This document shows positions 1 through 7,905 of a DNA stretch of 17,721 bases, one piece after another. Every line of letters begins with the position of its first letter. The first letter of the stretch is position 1. Under the pieces are notes generated by a model that saw nothing but the letters and a program-made list of their open reading frames with translations, did not search any database and was not told where the DNA came from. The DNA is from Deltaproteobacteria bacterium TL4. GTDB lineage: Bacteria; SAR324; NAC60-12. A program made the translations under genes and the position numbers. The stretch covers positions 1-17,721 of the forward strand of contig JBBCAX010000379.1 in NCBI GenBank assembly GCA_051382335.1. The letters run 5' to 3'.

Positions 1-19
1 ACATGGGGAACTCCTCCTA
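1..19 (-). promoter_or_regulatory. Shine-Dalgarno and start codon of a minus-strand gene running off the left edge
   Basis: Reverse complement reads TAGGAGGAGTTCCCCATGT: AGGAGG upstream of an ATG at 4..2. Confidence 0.55.
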
Positions 20-134
20 AAAAGTTTGTTTTGTTTGTACACAAACAGACTATTAGATTGTTCCTCATGTTTCAGGTCATTTCTGATTTTTTTGTTTTAC
101 ACTGCTACAAATTTGGCGAAGGTATTGTATTAAG

Positions 135-238
135 TATAGCTGTCCAGAAAAGTTTTGTCCCGGGAACGAGGGCATCTTGCCCTCATCGGAGGGCGGGACG
201 CCCTCGTTCCCAGGACAAAACTTTCCTTGAGCACTATA
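135..238. mobile_element. Palindromic MITE/REP-like element with TATAG...CTATA termini
   Basis: About 50-bp imperfect inverted arms, 135-184 (tatagctgtccagaaaagttttgtcccgggaacgagggcatcttgccctc) and 189-238 (gagggcgggacgccctcgttcccaggacaaaactttccttgagcactata), with a 4-nt loop. Confidence 0.75.
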
Positions 239-296
239 TCAAGTCAATAACCTGATTTTTATGTCAAGCTACCAGCCAATAATCAGAGGAGAAACG

Positions 297-419
297 ATGC
301 ATGTTCAAGAACGTATTTTAGAAACGATAGGACATCTTAATGAAGAAAAAGCTCTAAAACTATATGATTTTGCTCTTATGTTAATGAAACTTGAACGAGA
401 AGTCCCTAATTATTTATAG
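297..419 (+). CDS. 40-aa small ORF, possibly a truncated DUF2281-like antitoxin
   Basis: GAGGAG RBS at 286-291, ATG 297, MHVQERILETIGHLNEEKALKLYDFALMLMKLEREVPNYL, TAG 417-419 overlapping the convergent HIT stop. Not in the ORF track. Confidence 0.5.
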   Translation: MHVQERILETIGHLNEEKALKLYDFALMLMKLEREVPNYL

Positions 420-784
420 TCCTGCTTTGATGGAATAACACCCCTGACACCACCTCTAGGATTAGCCATATCTCCTGCATAACGGGGAATCATGTGGATA
501 TGAAGGTGCATAACGGTTTGTCCTGCTGTTTCACCCACATTGATTCCAATGTTGTAGCCATCTGGGTGAAATTGACTGTCCATCATTCTTTTTGCTTCTT
601 CTACCAACTGCCATAGTGCTGCTTTTTCTGAATCCTCTGCGTCAAAATAAGTTTTGATATGCCTGAAAGGAATGATTAGCATATGGCCTTGATTAACAGG
701 GTATTTATCATATCGGGCATAGGCTAACTGATTTTCCAGTATTTTTTCTTCAGACTGGATGTTACAAAATACGCAATGAGACAT
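410..784 (-). CDS. HIT (histidine triad) family nucleotide hydrolase
   Basis: N-terminal CVFC, GHMLIIP, GYNIGINVG..AGQTVMHLHIHMIPR (HxHxH triad), C-terminal NPRGGVRGVIP. Lies 7 bp downstream of the helicase gene with an AAGGA RBS. Confidence 0.93.
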   Translation of the reverse strand: MSHCVFCNIQSEEKILENQLAYARYDKYPVNQGHMLIIPFRHIKTYFDAEDSEKAALWQLVEEAKRMMDSQFHPDGYNIGINVGETAGQTVMHLHIHMIPRYAGDMANPRGGVRGVIPSKQDYK

Positions 785-791
785 AGTTTCC

Positions 792-3700
792 TTAGAGTTC
801 TTCTTTTATAATTTGGATAAATCTCGCTATAGGAAATAGAGTTTCTGGATCCACAGGAGAGTCTGGATACTGAGAGTTCCAGGAGTGAAGATAATACTCG
901 CCTGTTGATCTTTTTTTGATCTGTTTGAGAGCATAGGCTGTTTCTCCAGTAAAGTCTCGGTATTCAACGGCAATCGCTCGTTCTGCAGTCAGACTTCCTG
1001 CACGAGTAGCATCCAGTCGTTCAAGTAAAACAAGATCCCCATTATGCACAGGATTTTTTCCTCCGTCCATGGAATCGCCCTCTATACGAACAACAAAATG
1101 GCGTTCTGGAGAGAGTTTTTCACTTGGATCTGACACTGAAATCAACTCGTGATCAAACTCCTGCATTGATTCCCTGAATTTCCCGGCAGCCATCTTCATT
1201 GTTGAAAAGAAGGGGACTGTTGTTTTGGAAGAAGTCTTTTTGGAGGCAGTCATCTGTACAACCTTACTCTCACTAGAAGGTTCATCCAACACGATTGGAG
1301 GGATTTTCCTGTTGAAATAAAGTGCCAAGGCGTAGGAGACCCGCTCATGCACCCGAACTCTGAAATTCTTCTCATGCCAGTAACCATGAATTTCAGGCTT
1401 CAATGCAAAGTAACCACTGCGTTTGTCAAATATAAAGAAGTCATCTTCCGAATTGCTTAGAAAATGGAGAGGCTTGTTCTTTAGTAGAGTGTTTATTTCA
1501 GAAATTAGAACATTAGCAGGGTTTTTAGCTTTAGCCAGTGGCGTACAATCTGACAAATGTTTGGGGTTTTCCAGATAATAAGCCAGAAATCGAGGTGCGA
1601 TCCAATCGACTGACCATTCCGTTATCCCCGATTGATCCTCAAGCAAGGCAAGCAGCACTACCATTTTGTAGGATCGGTTCGGGTTGAGCTCCTTCTCCAG
1701 ATGTTCAAGGAATTTTTCTGCGGGGGTGTTCATCCACTTTGATTCCTCTGGAGCCAGATCCCTACAAGCTTCCTTGACTTTCAGCCAATTCCCAAAAAAT
1801 TTCAGAAAGGCTTGTGGTTCACAGGCTTCAGGATTCGATAAAAAGTCCAGCAAAGTGGGAGAATATCCCAAAAAATCACGCATCTTGGAGTAAGATTCCA
1901 ATAGCATTTCTTTACGATTACGGGGGGTTAGAATGCGTCGAATTTCCTGATCCCAAATGCGTGAAACTTGGGTATCCACATCGACAAAACACCCCTCAGG
2001 GAGTTTATAGGAAAGATCCTGAGACTCTTTTCCCCTGAATTCCTCATAAGATGAATATCCACGCAGAACCAATGGCGCAATATAGGAGTTTCGATAATTC
2101 CCTACAAAATCCAGCACCACCAGAAACTCTTTGGAAGCCTGTTTTCTCAATCCCCGGCCAAGCTGCTGCAAAAAAACAGTAAAGGATAAGGTAGGACGCA
2201 GCATCAACACATGAGAGATTGCAGGAATATCCACTCCTTCCCCCAAGATATCGACCGAGCAAATGACTTTTAGAGGATTGGATTCATCCTGGATTCGTTG
2301 GATTACCAAGCTTCGGGACTCCTCAGAATCTTCTCCCAGAAGACATTCTGCATGAATGCCAAGACGATTAAATTGATGTGTCATATACCGGGCATGTCCT
2401 CTGGTTGCACAAAAGGCGAGGGCCTTGATTTTACCAGTGGATGGCAAAAATCGTTTCAAATTCCTGGCAATCAAGTTGACTCGAGTATCCTGATTCAGAT
2501 TCTTTTCCAGTTCATTCTCATCATAGCCCATTCCAGTCCAACGAATTTGAGAATAATCTGTTTCATCATGAATGGCAAAGTACTGGAACAGAGTGAGCCA
2601 ACCTTGATCAATAGCTTCAAAAAGGCGTGCTTCATAGGCTATGTTGTAGTCACAAAACTTCAGGACATCTCTGCCATCCATACGTTCAGGAGTGGCTGTA
2701 ATGCCCAGGAAGAACCGAGGGGAAAAATGATACAGGACTTTCTGATAGGTATCTGCTGCAGCATGATGAAACTCATCGATAACAATGTAGTCAAAATGGT
2801 CGTTCTTGAACCGTTGAAGTACTTCTGGTCTGGAGAGCGTCTGGATCATGGCAAAGACACTGGTTTCAGGGGAATAACAGGATTCTCTTTCCCCTTCAGC
2901 CAATTGCCCAGCCAAAATTTTACCGAATTCAGGATTCTCCAATACCTGCCGAAAAACCTCCATCGCTTGACGCAGAACTGTTTCCCTATGGACTATAAAC
3001 AACATTTTTTTCATCCCGCTGCGTTTGAAATCAAAGGCAGCCAAATGAGTCTTTCCCAAACCTGTTGCAGCAATCACCGCAGATTTTTTCAAACCTGTTC
3101 GACGATTTTCTTCCAGTGCGTCCAGAGCTTTCTGTTGACTGGGTCGCGGGGCTAGAGGTGCTTGGGGTGGCGGTTCTAACGGCTCCATAAAAAATGGTTT
3201 TTGAGTATTTGCTTGCTGCCATTGGTGCCTGTATAATTCGATGAAATCAGGAGTCAACTCAACAGAATCCTGATTCCAATAGGTATCAAATTGTTGTTCT
3301 GCGGATTCATAAACCGTATCCGTCTTTCCTTGCGAAAAAGACAGATTGACCTCCGAGTTTGAATAAAAATTCCATTCTTCATTTTTGAGAAGCCCGCCCA
3401 ACGTCAGATTGGAGGATCCTACTATCAGGGCATGATGACCATCTCGCTTTCTGAAAAGAAAGCATTTGAGGTGAAATGAGGGTGGTTTGTTGAAAAACTT
3501 GTTACCTCTGACATTGAATTCTGGATAAAAGACACGAATCTGACATCCTGGTAGTTCATGCTGCAGATGGAGAAGGTCATCGGGATTATTGAAGTTATTC
3601 ATGACTGAAGTCAGTAAGGATAGTTGGCCTCCTTCCTCCAGAAACCGCTCAATTGGCCTTACTAACAGATTCACCATAGATCGGGTACAAAAGGCAGATG

Positions 3701-4351
3701 CAAAACGACAAGATTCACTGTTTCCAAGTTCTTGGGTAAGAATTTCCAGCAAAGAGGGGGAACTGGTTCTGGTGATGACCCTGGGAGTAAGAATCGTCTT
3801 ATCTGAAGGATGATCATGGAGCGTATCTTTATCAACCACCGTATGCAGAAATATTCCTTTTGAAAAACCTCCCCGTGTTTGATTGCGAAACCTTTGTTCT
3901 GCTTCTACTGCCGACCAATTAACTGAATAGTGTTGAGCCATTGCCTGAAGTACTTCAAGGACATCCGCCGCTTCCTTTAGGAACTCTGATTGATTGCGAG
4001 ATTGAAATAACTCATGAGATTCTTCGATCAGTTTAAGCCGCAGATGATAGAGTTGATCTTCAGAATTCAGCAAAGAAACATTGCATTTTTTGGCACCTTT
4101 CAAAAATACGGAAAAGTAGTTAACAGTTTTAGAACAGTCACTTCTTTCTTTATTTTAACGCAAAGGCGCTAGGACGCAAGGAACGCAAAGGGTTTTAAAC
4201 TATTTCTTTGCGCTCATTGCGTCTTTGCGACTTTGCGTTAAAGATCAACTGTAAACTGAAAAATGAATGGTGCCCATTTTTTACCATCGTTCTCAATGAT
4301 TTCAGGAATTTTGTCACGGACCAACTTGTTATAGGTGACTTTACGTTTCAT
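792..4351 (-). CDS. MazG-like NTP pyrophosphatase / PLD nuclease / SF2 helicase / S24 peptidase fusion (SauUSI-like core), interrupted near its 5' end by a MITE at 4092-4274
   Basis: True start at 4351 (MKRKVTYNKLVRDKIPEIIENDGKK). After removing the insertion it continues CNVSLL..KLIEESHE..EAADVLEV..RGGFSKGIFL (MazG-like). PLD FHLK...GSSNLT; Walker A ATGLGKT; DEFHH; TATPER; QQLGRGLR; SYKMVVLLALLE helical domain; C-terminal MAAG...GDSM...LK. Restored length 1122 aa. The track ORF 792..4103 begins at a TTG inside the MITE. Confidence 0.85.
4092..4274. mobile_element. 183-bp MITE with IS1595-family-like ends and an 8-bp target-site duplication
   Basis: Ends GGCACCTTTCA...TGAATGGTGCC (10/11 inverted match). 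Flanked by CATTTTTT at 4084-4091 and 4275-4282. Internal hairpin 4154-4242 of ACGCAAAG / CTTTGCGT-type units. Confidence 0.88.
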
Positions 4352-4480
4352 TCAGCATCCTTGTGTCTGTTCTCGTTAAGGGATGGACACTTGATCTATA
4401 CAGTGGGCAAACATTATTCTTGGGTTGAGCAAGATTAAAAATCGCTTGTTGCAAATACCTCCTTAACAAAAATTATGTAA

Positions 4481-4885
4481 GCCATTGGACTTACCATCAT
4501 AAAACAAAATAAATTGATGACCTACGAAATGGTCGATGATGAACCCCCTTGGTCACCTGATGATATTATTGAAACCTTCATTAATGAAATTTCGAAACAA
4601 CGAGAAGAAAAAAGTGCAGCATGGATTAACTTCATCGAGAACTCGACTATTGGTATATCAAAAATGACTGTTGTCGCAGCAAACAATCTCCACAAGCAAA
4701 TCAGTAATCCACCTCAAGAACTTACAGATTCTGATGCTAAAAAACTCGAAGAAATTAACGGTAAAATCATCAAGCGATTGAATGAGTTGAACATAGAGTG
4801 GTTAGTTGAAAAGTTCAAGGAACTCTCCCCTGAAAACAAAACCGAATTTCTTCAAATAGCTCAGAAGATTCTGAAACAAAACTAA
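4481..4885 (+). pseudogene. Hypothetical helical protein, probably the C-terminal remnant of a larger gene
   Basis: Frame is open from 4481 (after TAA at 4478) to TAA 4885. No clear RBS before TTG 4514 / ATG 4517. Protein-like composition (DDEPPWSP...IEWLVEKFKELS). Confidence 0.45.
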
Positions 4886-4969
4886 ACTGAGTGCTTCTGA
4901 AGACACCCAAGAAATTTTTTATTTGCCAATACCCACCAAGGTGGATGATTGCTTTTATCGGACGATGTC

Positions 4970-5174
4970 TGGGGTCGGACCAAGTAAAATCGTGGTAACC
5001 CCTTGATGATAAAAACAAAAAATTAGTGAACGACACTTTATTGAGCTTAGAGTCCTCTTTTGTCCCCTGAAAAGAAGCTTTTAAGCAAAATCCTCAATAT
5101 TCCATGGAAAGGAATTTCCGACCCCATTCTCCACCCCATTCTCCGGTCCGACAACTTAACTTGGTCCGACCCCA
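4970..5174. repeat. Element bounded by a perfect 16-bp inverted repeat (REP/MITE-like)
   Basis: TGGGGTCGGACCAAGT (4970-4985) and ACTTGGTCCGACCCCA (5159-5174). Partial internal copies of TCCGACCCCATTCT / CCCCATTCT / GGTCCGAC at about 5117-5152. Confidence 0.65.
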
Positions 5175-5282
5175 TTCTAGCTCTAGTGGTAATTGTTCAA
5201 AATAACCCTATTGGGCAGTTACGAGTTGCAAATTCTCTGAAATTTCGTACAATAATAACGATCATTTTCGTCAAAGGGAATT

Positions 5283-5591
5283 ATGCTGAACACGCTTCCA
5301 AAACAGACTTCACTACCGGACTTTTTAAGTGGTGTGCTGTGGTCATACGACCTCAATGCGCTTGATATACAAAAAAACGCAAAGCGGATCATCACGAATA
5401 CACTGCTCTATGGAGATATAGAAGCGGTTCAATGGCTGTTCAAAAACTATTCTCGTGAGGAAATCCGCACGGCTATTGAACGTCCCCTAAAAGGCGAGTG
5501 GGACGTTAAATCACTGCATTTTTGGTCGGGATACTTTGACCTTGTTCCCAATACCCGTACCGCCTTAAAAGTCGTTGAACCCGCACTATGA
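5283..5591 (+). CDS. DUF6922-like protein, putative antitoxin partner of AbiEii
   Basis: LWSYD...LD...IITNTLLYGD...WLFKNYSREEI...SLHFW pattern. AAGGGA RBS. ATGA overlap with the downstream nucleotidyltransferase. Confidence 0.75.
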   Translation: MLNTLPKQTSLPDFLSGVLWSYDLNALDIQKNAKRIITNTLLYGDIEAVQWLFKNYSREEIRTAIERPLKGEWDVKSLHFWSGYFDLVPNTRTALKVVEPAL

Positions 5592-6226
5592 TACATTCCG
5601 CAATCCTTGATACTAAACGGCAAGCACTCCTTCCCTATTTTTCAAAGCTCCCGCAACAGTTTTATCTCGCCGGTGGAACTGGTCTTGCGCTTCAATTCGG
5701 GCACCGTATCTCAGACGACTTCGATTTCTTTTGTGCTGAACCATTTGATACCCAAGACCTGTATGCCACACTCACACAGGATGTTTTCACGGACATCAAC
5801 CTGACCATCATTCAGGAGGCGAAAAACACCCTTGATGTATTGACCGATTCCAAGGTTAAGCTTAGTTTCATACGTTATCGTTACCACCTGCTCTATGAAC
5901 TGATCAATACCGAGCATTTCCCCATTGCGGACTACCATGACATTGCGGCGATGAAACTCATAGCCTGCGCGCAACGGGCAACACAAAAAGATTACATTGA
6001 CCTGTATGTTCTATTGGAACACCTGAGCTTAAAAGACATATTCACAGTTGCCGCACAAAAATATCCTGACTTCAACCTAATAATTTATCTCAAAAGTTTG
6101 ACCTACTTTGATGACTGTGACGACACACCGGTGCATATGCTTCGTGCTGATATTTCTGTTGATGCCGTAAAGCAACGTCTTACCCAAGAAGCCTACAAGT
6201 TATTCGATGATTATGGACTCCGTTAA
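5588..6226 (+). CDS. AbiEii/AbiGii-family nucleotidyltransferase toxin
   Basis: FYLAGGTGLALQFGHRISDDFDFF (GG..HR.S.D.D), DIAAMKLIA...RATQKDYIDLY, LKSLTYFDD motifs. Confidence 0.9.
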   Translation: MIHSAILDTKRQALLPYFSKLPQQFYLAGGTGLALQFGHRISDDFDFFCAEPFDTQDLYATLTQDVFTDINLTIIQEAKNTLDVLTDSKVKLSFIRYRYHLLYELINTEHFPIADYHDIAAMKLIACAQRATQKDYIDLYVLLEHLSLKDIFTVAAQKYPDFNLIIYLKSLTYFDDCDDTPVHMLRADISVDAVKQRLTQEAYKLFDDYGLR

Positions 6227-6392
6227 ATACTTCACCCAAGCGGAACTCAAAAAACTATTCAGAGCGATTGAGAAACGGAAGGCTGAAAAGTACCCCTACT
6301 GGTTGCGCGACCTCACGATTTTCAACCTTGGGTATTTGCTTGCGCTCAGAGCTTCGGAAATTGGTTTGCTCGAAGCGGAACACTTCAAGTGA
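6213..6392 (+). pseudogene. Truncated tyrosine recombinase/integrase (N-terminal part of the catalytic domain only)
   Basis: KYFTQAELKKLF...LRDLTIFNLGYLLALRASEIGLL (box I with catalytic Arg). Stops after about 59 aa, with no HxxR or Tyr box. Confidence 0.75.
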
Positions 6393-6482
6393 CCTTCCGG
6401 TGAAGAAGGGTAGATTGAAGTTCAGAGAATCGCCATCCCTTTTTTAAAAGTTATCGACCTGTCCCCCTATTCCTACGCACTA

Positions 6483-6768
6483 GGAGGGCCAAAGCTTGCT
6501 TTGGCCCAACCTAAAGAAAGGCCTTCGCCTTTCTGGCCAAAGCAAGCTTTGGCACTCCTGTTTTTGGCCAAAGCAAGCTTTGGCACTCCTGTTTTTGGCC
6601 AAAGTAAGCTTTGGCACTCCTGTTTTTGGCCAAAGCAAGCTTTGGCACTCCTGTTTTTGGCCAAAGCAAGCTTTGGCACTCCTGTTTTTGGCCAAAGCAA
6701 GCTTTGGCACTCCTGAAACAGCGTTGTTTAAACGGATCTCGCAACAGGATGAGTTTTCTGAATTTATT
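6483..6768. repeat. REP-like element with one arm expanded into a 31-bp tandem array
   Basis: Unit GGCCAAAGCAAGCTTTGGCACTCCTGTTTTT starts at 6535, 6566, 6597, 6628, 6659 and 6690 (last partial, to 6715; one C>T change in unit 3). Inverted arm at about 6483-6506. 6689-6768 is the exact reverse complement of 11799-11878. Confidence 0.9.
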
Positions 6769-6984
6769 CCACCTGTGCAGGTGAGGGATTAGGTATTAGC
6801 GTTTAGGTCTTAGCTGGTGATTACCTGCTTTCAGAGCAGCAAAATTTTAAGAACCTTGTCATCCATAAAGTGTTTTTTTGAGTTTTTCACAAAAAACGTG
6901 CGTTCGTGAACGTAAAAGGGTAGGAAATCACATCAGTGCCAACGGCTAAAAGCTAATACCTAATACCTACCTGCACAGGTGGAA
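6767..6984. mobile_element. MITE-like element with 16-bp perfect terminal inverted repeats and heptamer subterminal repeats
   Basis: TTCCACCTGTGCAGGT (6767-6782) and ACCTGCACAGGTGGAA (6969-6984). Inner arms ATTAGGTATTAGCGTTTAG / CTAAAAGCTAATACCTAAT. Confidence 0.72.
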
Positions 6985-7047
6985 AAATTTTTTTCCGTTC
7001 AAAATTTGGGGGCGTTTTCGTTTACGCCATACCTTCAATCCAAAGCC

Positions 7048-7857
7048 TCAAACATTACGGTTGTGGTAATTTAAAGGACTTTTTGAAACGTTTTTACTCA
7101 CAGCAGCCAGTTGGTTCCAGCGGCCCAATAACTTTTTTTGTAGCTGAGTTTCCCATTTCAACGCGGTTTTATCATCGGCAACCCACGTTGAGTTAAACAG
7201 CTTTTTAACATAGGCGATCGCGTCCGGAGAGCGTGTCGCGAACTCTTTGGCCATCTCCACGGCGTCCTCTAACGGTTTGTCGGAGACTTTGGTGACCAAC
7301 CCATACTCCTTGGCTTCGACTCCAGAAAAAACGCGTGCGGTCATCGTTAATTCCTTCGCCAGATCAATCGGGATCAACTCACGCAAGGTGATACTTCCTG
7401 TCATATCCGGAATCAATCCCCATTTCATTTCCATAATGGAAAACTGACAATCTGGCGTCGTAATCCGAAAATCTGCCCCTAAGGCGATTTGAAATCCGCC
7501 CCCATAACAATTTCCGTGGAGTACCGCAATCACAGGAACCGGAAGTTGCCTCCAGACATAGCTGACATCTTGAGCTAAATTTGAAATATTCAAACCGGGT
7601 TTGAGTAACAAGCGTGCGAGCGCAAGGGGATTTTTAATCACATTCATGACATCCAAGCCACTACTGAAGGCCGGACCTTCACCTTTTAAAATCACCGCGC
7701 GAACATTGCGTTTTCTGCTGATTTTTTTTGCGGCAGCAACAATCCCCTCAAACATCGGCATGTCCAAACCATTATATTTTTCAGGACGATTCAAGGTTAC
7801 AAAGGCAAGGTCATCCTTGATTTCCAAAAGGACTCGATTTTTCATAAGGGCTTCCAT
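7048..7857 (-). CDS. Crotonase / enoyl-CoA hydratase family protein
   Basis: VTLNRPEKYN, FSSGLD, PVIAVLHGNCYGGGFQIALGADFR, EMKWGLIPDM motifs. Start could be 7845. Confidence 0.92.
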   Translation of the reverse strand: MEALMKNRVLLEIKDDLAFVTLNRPEKYNGLDMPMFEGIVAAAKKISRKRNVRAVILKGEGPAFSSGLDVMNVIKNPLALARLLLKPGLNISNLAQDVSYVWRQLPVPVIAVLHGNCYGGGFQIALGADFRITTPDCQFSIMEMKWGLIPDMTGSITLRELIPIDLAKELTMTARVFSGVEAKEYGLVTKVSDKPLEDAVEMAKEFATRSPDAIAYVKKLFNSTWVADDKTALKWETQLQKKLLGRWNQLAAVSKNVSKSPLNYHNRNV

Positions 7858-7905
7858 AGGCTCAAGAGTTAGGGGTTCTCAGTGGTGAGAGATGAGTGAT
7901 CTCAT

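Noticed and set aside
32..47. TGTTTGT-AC-ACAAACA palindrome as an operator
   Set aside because: Plausible, but it is short and low-complexity, and the regulated gene is outside the window.
31..255. 74-aa ORF
   Set aside because: TTG start, and it runs through the palindromic element. The ORFs at 4208-4438, 5060-5365 and 13829-14077 are likewise repeat-derived.
2298..3155. 285-aa plus-strand ORF
   Set aside because: Antisense shadow of the helicase with no recognisable motifs.
4101..4103. TTG start of the 1103-aa ORF as the native start
   Set aside because: It lies inside the MITE; the family-typical N-terminus starts at 4351.
6535..6715. CRISPR array
   Set aside because: The 31-bp palindromic units are head-to-tail with no unique spacers, there are no cas genes, and the same motif occurs as dispersed REP-like copies.
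6473..6792. Five overlapping repetitive ORFs
   Set aside because: They are translations of the stop-free tandem repeat in several frames.
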